A stretch of 64,000 nt of DNA from Proteromonas lacertae (Eukaryota): positions 1 to 64,000 of the forward strand of contig NGBS01000296.1 in the NCBI GenBank assembly GCA_002245135.1, in the 5' to 3' direction. The notes below the pieces were generated by a model. That model did no database searches. It was given only the letters and a program-made list of their open reading frames with translations, and was not told the DNA's origin. A program made the translations under genes and the position numbers. Below, piece after piece: positions 49,904 through 62,070 of the stretch (its first letter is position 1; every line of letters starts with the position of its first letter).

Positions 49904-51651
49904 ATGAAAGTTTTATTATTGATTAGTGTGATCAGTCTAGCACTTTCTGCATGTCCTAATTCATGCTCTGGGCACGGAAGCTGTAAGAATAATGTATGTG
50001 AATGTGTTACATTCAACGGTGAACCTCAATATACAGGAAACGACTGCTCATTGTGTATAATTTTATTGATTTATTTTTATAGTGGCATGTCCATCAGGTT
50101 TTAGCTGGATTTCAAGAGATGAAGTAGTAATGCCATATGTAGGAAGATATTCAACAATCTGTTCCAAGACAATTAGATGAAAGTGTAACAGAAGGAGATG
50201 CTGAAGGAACAGAAGAAACTGAAGAACCAACAACAACTCCAGAACCACCAACTCCCTTGCCTGATCCTACATTTAATCAAACAAATGAAATTAATGGTTT
50301 AAATGTTACTCTTCCATTCTCTGTATTTGGTGGAGTTTTGAAATGTAATAAAGATTCAATAAATGTGATTTACTATAATGAAACTGGTTTTACAATGGAT
50401 ATAGCAGGAGTTAATACTAGTGATAGTGAGATAAGTTATGACTGGCCAAATTGTAAAGTTGAGATGAAAAGAAATGATATTTCATTAATGTCTATTGTTA
50501 AATTCCATGAATATTCAGGTGGAGATGTTGTTAGTGATATGTGGATGACTGCTGAATTATTCAACAAATATGAATTTAATACAACTGAATTAAATCTAGC
50601 ATGTATTTATCAAGAGAAAGATCCAGTTGAATTTATTACAGCAGTTGCAGTTACAGATATAAAGGCAGATGAAGTTACTTTAAAATTAGATACTCCATCA
50701 TTACCATCATCCTGTTATGTATTAGCAACAGAAAAGGGAAAAGAAGTAAAATTTGAAGAATCTGATGCATTCCAATTGTTCTATTATGATAAAGGTTATT
50801 ATTACTTTGGTACGAAAACAACAGATAAAGCAACATTTGTAGCTGAAAAAATAAATGAAAAAGGTGGTTTAACATTTAAAGAAGAAAGTGGAATGGTTTC
50901 ATTTGCTAGAAATCTTATTCCTGGATTAGAAGTAACCATTTATTATATACCAATCTCACAAGGATATGTGATAATAGAAAAAAGAATAATTAAATCAATT
51001 GATATAATTACTACTACTTCATCATCATCATCAAGTGGAGAAGGTAGATTATTAGCTGATGATCCAAGTAAAAATACTCAAGAAGTAGTTATAACATTTA
51101 ATGAATTATTACCTGTAAGACCAGGTTATATGTATCAAATTGTTGTAGATACTAATAAAGGTACACATGTAGCTAAAGAATGTAGTGATAATGGTTTATG
51201 TGATAGAACAACAGGTCAATGTCAATGTTTCCCAGGCTTCAGTGGTAGTGCATGTCAAATATTAACCAATTGTCCAAATAATTGCAATAATAATGGAAGA
51301 TGTGTTCCATATAGCAAAGTATTAAATAGAGAAATTAAAAATGGTATTGCTGGAATATATAAAACTAGTGAAAGTGATTTACTTTATGGTTGTTTATGTG
51401 ATCCAGGTCATAGAGGTGTTGATTGCTCATTAACAGAATGTCCATCAAGTGAAGATCCACAAGGAGCAACTAATGTATGGACTAAAGAAAAAGATACAGT
51501 AGCTTCTGATCCCTATCGTCATCCAGTTGATGCATATGAACATAGAGACTGTAGTGGTCGTGGTATTTGCAACTATGATACTGGTTCATGTACTTGTTTT
51601 GATGGATTTAAAGGAACAGCTTGTGAAGAAATGTCACTGTCTACTATGTAA
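49904..51651 (+). CDS. Secreted EGF-repeat protein of the stramenopile tubular mastigoneme (Sig1/Ocm1-like) family; frame break near 50124-50143
   Basis: Signal peptide; [11 protein letters not shown]...[94 protein letters not shown]. Intron 50055-50082. Confidence 0.78.
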
Positions 51652-51774
51652 TATCTATATTATTATTATTATACTTATCATTATTTTTAAGTATATATTG
51701 TCTTTCGTTCAATAATAAAAACAAAATTTCAAAATAGAAACACAAATCATTTGCTTGAAATTCTATTATAAAAA

Positions 51775-52614
51775 ATGTCAGAAATTGTGGGTTTCGATTT
51801 AGGTGGATCAAAATTGTTAATGTATTCTAACTATAATGGTGTTGTTAAAGAAGAATCTAAACCAACAGGACCAGATTATACACATGAGCAATTTAGAAGT
51901 GATTGTCAAGGTTTTATTGATTCTTTATCATTTAAACCAAAATCAATTGGAGTGGCTATTCCAGGATTAGTAACAGATGAAAAGCATGTTGTTATGTCAG
52001 GAGTTATTCCTGGTCTTGCTGGATTTGAAGCAGATACTCTTCTAAAGGATAAATCCAGTCCAGTTTATTTCATTAATGATATAAAAGCTGCTACACTCTA
52101 CGAATCAACAAAATGCCCTAAAGAGTCAACTGTGTTAGTAGTGATTATTGGCACAGGTATGGCAGCTGGAGTTATACAAAATGGTGTTATGCTTAATGGC
52201 AGTGCTGGTTTTGCAGGAGAGATTGGTTTTATGCCAATACAGACTGAAACAGGTATTGAACATTTACAATATTTATGTGGAGGAGGTAAAATATTATCAG
52301 ATGCAAAAGTGGATGGAGAAACATTCCATAAATTACTTCAAAATAAAGATGAAAATGCAATTTCAATATTAAACAAAGCAGCAAGTTATTTTGGTTTAGG
52401 TTTAACTACTTTATTAAATTTATATAATCCAAATTATGTTATACTAGGTGGATCAACTGTTACTTATCCAGGTTATTTAGATAAAGCATATGAAGTAGCA
52501 AAAAAATACACTTTAAAACCATGTTATGAGAATGTCAAATTCTCATCACCAGATGATAATAAACATGAAGTGATATTTGGAGCAATTGAATTTGCTAAGA
52601 TTCATTCGAATTAA
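51775..52614 (+). CDS. ROK-family sugar kinase
   Basis: GFDLGGSK, IGVAIPGLV, INDIKAA, IGTGMAAG, GSAGFAGEIG, NPNYVILGG; intronless. Confidence 0.9.
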   Translation: MSEIVGFDLGGSKLLMYSNYNGVVKEESKPTGPDYTHEQFRSDCQGFIDSLSFKPKSIGVAIPGLVTDEKHVVMSGVIPGLAGFEADTLLKDKSSPVYFINDIKAATLYESTKCPKESTVLVVIIGTGMAAGVIQNGVMLNGSAGFAGEIGFMPIQTETGIEHLQYLCGGGKILSDAKVDGETFHKLLQNKDENAISILNKAASYFGLGLTTLLNLYNPNYVILGGSTVTYPGYLDKAYEVAKKYTLKPCYENVKFSSPDDNKHEVIFGAIEFAKIHSN

Positions 52615-52714
52615 ATACACGCATAAACATAAATTAAAAATAATTATAGATTTATGTAATTATTCATCTTTTATATTCATTATTGATTGTAATTACATTT
52701 TTTTTCATCATTAT

Positions 52715-53360
52715 TTAGAAATATTTAGTAGATCTATCAAGAGGACGATGTTTACGATATTCTCTGATAAATTTATACTTCCAATCATGCCATATCACTT
52801 TCTGGAAATGGCAATATATCCAAGCACTTACTAATCCACCAATATGAACAGCATGATCAATCATATCGATAGGAAACAAGTATCCTAATGATTCAACTGT
52901 AGATACTCCATACAAACACTGTTCTATTATTAAATATAAATATATGTAAGTATACTAGCTGAAAAATCGAAAAATGGGAAAAAGATAAAAGTGAATCTAC
53001 TATTTGGATATTGTATCATTAATAACCCTAATAAAGCCATAACACCACCACTAGCACCTAAGCTTGGTAATATTGGCTTTACCATAAACTAATAATAATA
53101 TTGTAACAAATATACAGGTAATTTAGTTCTAATTAATTTCATAAAATGACCGATCAATCCACTGACAGCACAACTGGAGATATAAAAAGCAGTTAATTGT
53201 TCTTTTCCCATTCTAGGGTAAAAAAACAAAGAAAAAAATTAAAGAAAAAAAGAAATATTCATATAAAAAATGATATTGTTAGACTATGAGCAGATGTAAT
53301 TAACACTAACATATTACAAGCAATATGCCAAAACTCAAAATGAGAAAATGAAGCAATCTA

Positions 53361-53392
<32 letters not shown>

Positions 53393-53872
53393 TATACAAG
53401 CATTGCTATTGGTGGATTTATTGTTGGACAATATGTACAATATTTAAGTGGGAAAAAGAAACAATTCTTTATGAAGACGAGTAAATTAATTCCTACTAAT
53501 GGTACTGCTACACGGGTACCATCTGATAAAGAATGCCAAAATCTTACAAATGCTGATTTTGCATTTTGACTTTGATATCTGTGATAATCTTCTTCAGTTG
53601 ATGAGCTATATAACATTTCAATATTTAGATAATATATACAATGTGAATTTCTTCCTAAAGAAATTACGAATATATCTGTATCTCTCTTCTTGATAAATCA
53701 TTGCTCCAATAAAACTTGCACCACACACAAAACCAGTGAATAGCACAGGTTTGACAAAATCACGGTATGCTTCTAGTTTAACATAGTTGTATTCGTTATC
53801 AGATGAAAACAAACGCTTCTTAAGACTTCTATTTGCTAAATTTAGTGTTTTTCTGGATTTTAAACTAACCAT
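52715..53872 (-). CDS. Mitochondrial rhomboid protease (PARL/Pcp1-like)
   Basis: Basic presequence, FSHFEFWHIACNM, MGKEQLTAFY, catalytic SLGASGG and DHAVHIGG; multi-exon. Confidence 0.85.
53218..53276 (-). other. Candidate U12-type AT-AC intron (59 nt)
   Basis: Minus strand begins ATATCATTT, contains TTCTTTAAT and ends TTTTAC. Removal gives in-frame SAHSLT|PRMGKEQ. Confidence 0.72.
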
Positions 53873-53960
53873 ATTATTTATTATAACACATACATGCTTC
53901 TAGATTGTGAAAACATGGAAGAATTTAATTTCAAAAATTTATGAAACGAATAATTTTTTA

Positions 53961-56426
53961 ATGATGCTAAAACTGCCTGATTTATCACCTGAAACAGAGA
54001 GATTAATGGGAGAAATAGATGATGAAGAGTTATTTGAACTCTCTCAACTGGATAGCAGATTGAATGATATGTCCTTTGACGAAATTCCAGACTATAACAC
54101 TACAACTTCAAATAATTCAAAATATTATCCTGTAAATGATATTGATATATTATATAATTAGAATATTATGAAAAATGTAAGTAATAAATTACAATCCTTA
54201 TCCTTTACTTCTCGTTGGTTTGCTTATATTATATGTAATAACAACTTTTCAACAATAACAGATTCACAAATAAATAAAGGTTATTTGGATGAATTAACTT
54301 CATGTTATATAAAAAGCGACAATGATAAAATGTACAATCTCGAATATTCTATTACAATCAAACCTGATAATCAAATTATATATAACGTATATTTATAGAG
54401 TGTATATTAAATAGTTGCCATCTAAAACAATGAGATTTAGAAGAGCTTTTCTAAAATATTCATCAGAAAGATTCATTTCAATAAAAATATCAGAAAATGC
54501 AAAATCATTTATGAATAATCCACTGTATATATGTGGAATGAAATATGAATTTTTACATTTAAAAGATGACCATTATTATTTCTTTGCAACTGAAGGAACA
54601 AATATTCATCCAATATCTATAGAAGAAGTTAGAAAATGGCATATTCCAGATTGTATGTTCAATAACAATCAATCGATATATAAGAGAACTGCAAGATTTG
54701 ATTTAATGTTTAGTAGTATGATTCCTACAATAAAGATTAATTTAAATGATTTAGAAATTGAGGAAGATATTTATAATGAATATAGTAGTATATATAAATA
54801 TATATTTGTTAATTTATAAATTATTATAAATAGAAAATATGAGTGATGGTGCATCTTCCATAAGTATAAATTTAATGATAAAAGTAATGAAAAAGTATTA
54901 TGAAATAAAGAAAGATGAAAAATTAACAAATAATGACATTTGGAGTGGTTTTCAAGGAAGAATTGGTGGATATAAAGGTGTTTGGTATATTAATCCAACA
55001 TTGGAAGATAATACTATAAAAGTAAGACCTTCAATGAAAAAAATTGATTATGATGAAAGTGATGAATATCAAAATACAATTGAAGTATTGAATTATAGTT
55101 ATGAAGGAAGTATAGGAAAATTAAATTCACAATTTATATTGTGTTTGATAGGTAATTCAATACCAAACTTTATCTTTATGCGACTGTATGAAGAGAATGT
55201 AAGGATATATAATAGTTTAAATACAAAAGAGAATATTAAGAGATATTTAAGTAATCATCGATTAGATGAAGAAGAAAGTATATTATATGAATTGTGTAAA
55301 ACAAAATATTTATATAAAGATGTATATACTGAATCTTTAATCCATAAACTTCAAAAGAAAGTGTTAAATAACATAAAATCATTTCATTTAATAGATACAG
55401 AGAGTAGAAGATTAATGGTTATACCTGATCCATTAGGTTTCTTAAATGAAAATGAAGTATTTATAAATTCTTCAATTGGTTATTCTGATAAGGATATAGT
55501 TTATACCAAGGTATGGAAAGGTTATGCTTTAGTTGGTAGAAATCCATGTTATAAAGCAAGTGATATACAAAAAGTCAAATGTGTAGATGTGGAAATATAT
55601 AGAAAATATTATAAGAATATTGTATTAGTTTCAACAAAAGGAAATAACTCAATTCTTGATTTATTGTCAGGTGGTGATTATGATGGAGATCATATTTGGA
55701 TTAGTCAAAATCCATTATTTGTATCCTATTATAAAGAGTATAAATCTACAAATATGATTGGAATAAGTGAGTATATTAGAAAAGGAAATGCAAAGAATAT
55801 TAATGAAGTATATAATGAATGGAGTAATGGAATATATGAGATTGGTAAATTAAGTAATTATCATGAAGCATTGAGTGATAAATATGGTGTTAATTGTTAT
55901 AAAAGTGAATTATTAAGTGAATTGATATCTGTATGTTTAGATAATAAAAAGAATGGTAAAATAGTCGTTATTCCAAAAGATATAAACAACAGAACAATAT
56001 TATTTCCTCATTATAGAAGTGAAACCAATAATCGACATTCTGATAGTGTATTAGGTGAAATGTATGATAAATCGTGTAATATACCAAATTTAATAACTGA
56101 TAATAATGTGGATTATTTGAATAGAGAAAATTATATGGAAGTAAAAGAATTGTATGAAAAACAGAAAATGACTAGTTTAAATGAATATTATGATGATATT
56201 AAAGAGTATAATAGAAAGTTACATAATCATATAATGAATTCAAATAATCGTATTGTTTTTTATTTATATCTAAATAGTTGAATATATAATAAATGAAAAG
56301 AGAATAGTACAAAAGAGTCATATGAATGTAAAGAATGCAATAGGGTATTATTTAAGTAGTTATAAACTTGGTAATGATAAGAATAGACATCCCTTATATG
56401 TATGTTATGTATTATATCGTTTATAG
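53961..56426 (+). CDS. Eukaryotic (RNAi-type) RNA-dependent RNA polymerase
   Basis: MSDGASSIS, FQGRIGGYKGVW, VRPSMKK, IPDPLGFLNENEVF, GRNPCYKASDIQ and catalytic LSGGDYDGD. Four short introns join the exons; the 3' end is uncertain by about 60 bp. Confidence 0.88.
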
Positions 56427-57151
56427 AGGAACAATTAAAGCTAATTATAAAAGATTTGTTAAAAATTGTAAAAAAATAATATATAATTATGTATATTGGT
56501 AAAAGTAGTATCATATGAAATTATGATTGTTCTGAACTCACTTTCTGGTAATTCTGATAATTCATCAATTTAAACAATAATAAGTTAATAAAACGATGAT
56601 TTTCTATGTGAGTATATATAAACATCATTTATTATTCATATATAAGACTTCTATGATATGAAATAATAAAAATGATAATATCATATTCAAAAAATTTAGT
56701 CGTTTTTTCTCCAAACGTCATTTTCATTTTTTGAAACATATACTGCTCTAATTACTATTGTAATTGTATGAAAAGATGAAGAAATCTTTTTATAATGTAA
56801 AGAAAAGGAGGAGAGAGTTTGATAAAATTCCAAATATCGTTTACTGGAGTTTATTATCAAGTAATTGACGTATTAGGCTTATCGAGAAAGAAGAATCAAG
56901 TTGTTCTTAAGGATGTAACTTATCACTTCAAGCCTGGTTATCTATATTAAAGAGTGAAATAATTTGACTGTGAAAGAAACATACCACTTTACAGTTCATT
57001 ATTTGAATGGTAAAGGTAATCTATCTAGAAAAAAGCCATTACAGATTAAAATCTGATTTTATGGTTTTATGCTTATGCTTGTGCATGTCTAAAATCAGAT
57101 ATTTGGATAAGTAAGATGAATTATGATATATTGTTATGATTACTTTCATTT

Positions 57152-58191
57152 CTATTTATCTTTTATATCATTTTCTAATTCATCTTTTATATCTTCTTCT
57201 ATTGGACGATATTTATGATATATCTTTATAAGATTACATCTCCAATCATCCCAAATTATATATTGATAATGATAGTATAACCAACCAGTGATTAATCCTC
57301 CAAGATTAAGAGTAGTGTCTGCCACATCTGCAGGAGTAAAATATATGACAGAGTATAAACCAAACATTAATATTAACAGATATTCTATTAGAATATAACA
57401 ATAACATTTTGTAAATATACTGTAGAATTTATCACCATCCTCATAAAAACTATGGAAGAACGAAAAACCAAATAATGCAAATACACCACCAGCAGCTCCA
57501 AAACTTGAACTAATTTCAAAAAGTGACTTATTAATCCACTAACTGTACAACCAGAAATATAAAATGCTGTTAATTCTTCTTTCTCAAAATCTTTATTATG
57601 CTATAATAGAAATAAAGAATAAGGATATACACTCAACAATGGAAAATACAAAATTAAGATAATCATGTTAAATGCAATATCCTACAAATTAAAGTGTGAA
57701 AATGACGAAATCTAATAAATATGTCAAATACAAATTTACATACTAACATTCCTATTATAGGACTTTTAGTAGGATATTATTTACCATACTTTAATGGAGT
57801 AAAGTAACGATTCTTGATAAACACAAGTAAATTAATACCTAAAAATGGTATTGTTATTCGAAGTCCATTAGATAAACAATGCCAAAATTTTACAAATATT
57901 GATTTTGAATTTTTACTTTTATATTTATCATTTATATATTTCATCATATATTATATACGATAATCCCTTTTCTTTGGAATATTTTTCAATATGTCTATAT
58001 TTCTCTTCTTTGTATATCACTGCTCCAATAAAACTCACACTACATACAGTTCCTGTAAATACTACAGGTTTTACAAAATCACGATATATCTCTAGCTTTA
58101 CATGTTCAGGGTTGTTAAATGAGGAAAATAAACGTCTTTTCATTTTAATATTCCCAATATTCATTATTTTTTTGCATTTTATACTATTCAT
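57152..58191 (-). pseudogene. Diverged, catalytically dead PARL paralog
   Basis: VKLEIYRDFVKPVVFTG matches the first copy. GASGG becomes GAAGG and DHAVHIGG becomes DTTLNLGG; in-frame TAG at 57682-57684 and a frameshifting deletion near 57510-57520. Confidence 0.75.
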
Positions 58192-58477
58192 ATTATTTTC
58201 ATTAAATATACATCTTTATAGGATGAGAAAACATTGATTAATGAAATGATGAAACGGATAAATATTTTTAAATAATAAAACTCCTTATTCATGAGATGAA
58301 AGTGAGATAATAGTATATAAAACTAATAAATAAAGATAATGTGTAATGTTGCACTGATTTATAGATGAAATGAAATTAATATTGATAAATTTTGTAAGGC
58401 TATAAGAAGGATAGAAGAAAATACAATATTAAGTTGAGATTGTGATATAACCAAATAAAAAACAAGGATAAATAAAT

Positions 58478-60159
58478 CTAATAATGTATGTCACTAACAT
58501 TGTAATTGCCACTCCCATATTCTATTATTAATTCTCCTCTATTAACTATATTCTTTTTAAAATACCTTAAATGATTTGATCTAAAATCTATTCCTCTATT
58601 ATTAACATTTATATTATTAATTCTTAATATTCCACCTGATTTAACTTTTATTATCAATGATCCATTCAGATTTAAATTTTTAATATATACATTTCCTTTA
58701 ATTACCAATTTTGAGTTTTTATTGATCTTAATTAAACCTTGAAAGTGTTTTTTTATAATCTCAGTTGTTGAACAAATAAGAGGATCAATATGTATAGCTG
58801 TATTTTCACCAATTTTCCATCCTATCATTGATAATTTCTTTTTGTTTCTCAAATACAATTTCTTTTCACCATCATCTGGAGTATAAAAATCACGAACATT
58901 TGAAATTTCTTTTACAGGATTAAAACAAAGCCATCTTTGCATATCTGTGCTACTTAAAATACTTTTCTCATTTGTAAGTATTATATAATCCTGTAATACA
59001 GCTTCTAATCTAAATGAATTTGTAGTATTATTTGATAGTATATATTCAGGTAATGCTTTTTCAGTATTTATCAGTGTATTATAATAGCTATTTAAATTGA
59101 AGCATATAATGTTAGTTACAGCAGGATAATATGATTGGTTTTCATTATTGTTATTTATTTCTTCACCTAACAATCCATTTAAACAAGAGTAATCAATAGC
59201 TCTAATGTTATACTTTCTTCCTCTTTCTTCGCATGAACATAATATTGACGCTTTTTCTCCTTCATATCTCTTTACAATTAAGTAGTTTACATCAATATTA
59301 GTATTAATACTACATCCTAGCAACACTGGAATAGATTCAAAAGCTAGAGAATTTGTATCTTGAAAGATAATGAAATATTTAATTCCTTGTTCTTTCCATA
59401 TTTTCAATATTTTGTTCTATTAATTAAAAAGATTATCAATACATTTAATAATAAGTGATGTATATCTCCATGGCCATGTGGTTTATCAACAATTCTACCA
59501 TTTTCGTAACATAAATTACAGTGTTTGTCACTGAATGATGGAACATTCTTCTGCTTTATAAAAAGCAATTGAGAGTCTAATAAACCAAAATTATTGTTCT
59601 CCTTTAAATAGTGTTTTGTCATTTGATCAGTAGATTCAGAAGTCATTATACAAATATATATGAACTTGGAAGATTTATTTTGATATGATAAGATATATCT
59701 TATATACAATTCTAAATAACTATAACCACTAATTTGATCAATTGGCAAAGATACTTTTATACTATTATTATTTAATCTTTCACCCAAACCTCCAGCAACT
59801 AGCACAAAGCCACAATAATGAATATTATTAATTCCAATTGATTCAAATTTTGCAAATAACTCATCTTCGAATTTAATTGTTATGCATTCCGGTTGTAATA
59901 TATTAACAACATCAGAATTATAGTTATTATCCTCATACAAATTAATCAATTCTTTCGCACGGTCTAAATATGATTTTAATCCTTTATTTATTGTAGTATT
60001 ATATTTAACTACCTGAAAACAGATTTTCTTTAATTCTATATATATGATTAATTAATACATACTCTTTTCTTTTTTGGCTGTTTTAAGTAAATCATATTGA
60101 TTACACTTTACAAGTATTCTGTAACCATAATAATAAATAATAAACTCAGAAAACAACAT
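58478..60159 (-). CDS. UDP-sugar pyrophosphorylase (USP-like), divergent
   Basis: FVLVAGGLGERL..IKVSLP, IMTSEST, KQKNVPSF, KPHGHGDIHHLL, IIFQDTNSLAF, RLEAVLQDY, FNPVK. The start position is approximate. Confidence 0.85.
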
Positions 60160-60213
60160 TTCAATTATTTTATTTTATTCGAAAAACATATTATAACAAC
60201 TTAAATAAATATA

Positions 60214-61215
60214 TTACTTTATTTCACCAACCAAGTTAGAGAAGTAATGTTTATATTTTGCTTCAATAGTATATGAATTCTTTTTGAATTTCTCTTCATC
60301 AAAATCATTGCAATTTTTTCTATTTTCAGCGCATTTACCTTGCCTTATCAAATAATTGATTAGTTTATTCATTGCAATTACATCTCTATGTTTTTGTACA
60401 TTTATTTTCTCTGTTTTACCATAATTAACCTCAATAAATGAATAGGGAATATGAATAGTGCATCTAGGTGGAAATGGATTTTTTTCAATATTGATTAATG
60501 AATATTGATTTTCATATTTCATTATGTTGATATATTCTAAGAATGTGCCAAATTGTCCAAATATATATTTTTCCATTAGTTCAACTAATGTTGAATTATG
60601 TACTTTTTCAATATAATTCCATGTCTCTTTCACATGTTTAGTTTTAACAATTATAGGGTATGTAAACATTACATCTCCCCAATCTGAATTATTAGATTTA
60701 AGTATTTTTGTTGGATCCCATCTATAATCTCTGTAATTTACAGTATATAGAATATATGGTCTTCTGTTTGTATTAAATAGCATGTCATATTTTGCATATG
60801 ATATAAAAGGCGAATCAGAATCAATCATTGCTATAAATTCATCTGTTGAGCAATACTTATATGAAGCATAAGAATTGTACTGTTGCTTCATAACTGGCAA
60901 CTTTATATCTGGTGTAGACGTTCTAATTACTGTCCACTCATCAGAATAATTAAATGGCAATGTTCCATTATAATTATCAATCCAATGTATTTTTCTACCT
61001 ATTCCTTTAGGCCAAAAAGTATCAACGCTTGTAATTATGCTTTGTACAAATGGAAAATCATCAACAGCACTAGGTAAAAAGAGACATACACTGACATTAT
61101 TTGATTTATATTTATTGCTAATGTCAATTGTATGTTCTGCTTGTTTAATAAAAGTAAAGTAAAAGAAAATAAAAATACTACATAAAAAACATGTGAAAAA
61201 GATAATAACCATCAT
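60214..61215 (-). CDS. Type II membrane protein, putative glycosyltransferase
   Basis: N-terminal TM anchor; KQQY...EFIAMIDSDSPF (DxD-like); intronless. Confidence 0.55.
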   Translation of the reverse strand: MMVIIFFTCFLCSIFIFFYFTFIKQAEHTIDISNKYKSNNVSVCLFLPSAVDDFPFVQSIITSVDTFWPKGIGRKIHWIDNYNGTLPFNYSDEWTVIRTSTPDIKLPVMKQQYNSYASYKYCSTDEFIAMIDSDSPFISYAKYDMLFNTNRRPYILYTVNYRDYRWDPTKILKSNNSDWGDVMFTYPIIVKTKHVKETWNYIEKVHNSTLVELMEKYIFGQFGTFLEYINIMKYENQYSLINIEKNPFPPRCTIHIPYSFIEVNYGKTEKINVQKHRDVIAMNKLINYLIRQGKCAENRKNCNDFDEEKFKKNSYTIEAKYKHYFSNLVGEIK

Positions 61216-61236
61216 ATCAGTATAGCCTCTGCTACA

Positions 61237-62070
61237 ATGTATTTCCTATATCTATATATATTATTTATCTTTATTTCTATTGTAATTTATTTTATACATT
61301 TAAAAAAGAAATTTAACCTAATTATATTTACTTTATACTTTCCTATTCCAACACATCATCATTCTATCGCAGAATATATTCGTCTTTCACAAAAATACTT
61401 TAACATTGTTAGAAGTGAAATAGTATTTTTCACAGATAAAAAATTGAAGCATATTGCTCCTCACAGAAAGAATATTCATAATTACTTCTTTGAAAATATA
61501 ACAAGTATACCAATAATTAAAAGACTTAGAATAGAAAAAATAGTTAATAAAGGAGTTAACCAAATATATCATTCAAAAATTGCTTTATTATATTATATCT
61601 CAACGAAATATGACGCAAAAATGTATTTCTATAATGATATTACAACTTTTCACTACGAAAAGCTAGAGAATGTTAAGTCTTATCCCAATATTGTTTATTT
61701 AGAATCTATATTCAAAGATACTATTAGTCCTATATTTTTTACAATAAATCCTGATAGACATAATATATATTTTGTACAAGGAGGTTGCTTTGGTGGTAAA
61801 AAAATAGCTATTCGGTATTTGTATAAAGAATATTATTCTTTTCTTTATAAATACTTTAAAAATAATAGTGTTATAACTAAAACTGAAGAACAAATATTAG
61901 ATATAATGATTGACAAAATAGATAATGCTATTCTTATGCCAAATAATCCTGATAAATGCCATTTATATCAACAAATACCATATAATTGGTTTTATTTCAT
62001 TAATGTAATGTCTGGATATCCACCAGAATGTGTAAAGAGTTTGAAACTTAAATATTTAAAAGATTATTAA
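61237..62070 (+). CDS. Type II membrane protein, HtrL/YibB-like putative glycosyltransferase
   Basis: TM anchor; IFTLYF...EIVFFTD, IYHSKIALL, YFYND, VQGGCFGG, EEQIL. Confidence 0.65.
   Translation: MYFLYLYILFIFISIVIYFIHLKKKFNLIIFTLYFPIPTHHHSIAEYIRLSQKYFNIVRSEIVFFTDKKLKHIAPHRKNIHNYFFENITSIPIIKRLRIEKIVNKGVNQIYHSKIALLYYISTKYDAKMYFYNDITTFHYEKLENVKSYPNIVYLESIFKDTISPIFFTINPDRHNIYFVQGGCFGGKKIAIRYLYKEYYSFLYKYFKNNSVITKTEEQILDIMIDKIDNAILMPNNPDKCHLYQQIPYNWFYFINVMSGYPPECVKSLKLKYLKDY

Noticed and set aside
56760..57110. Coding-like fragment and 11-bp inverted repeat (57051-57061/57090-57100) between the RdRP and the PARL paralog
   Set aside because: All forward frames are broken by stops and no family is recognisable. 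It may be a decayed gene, but no call is supportable.
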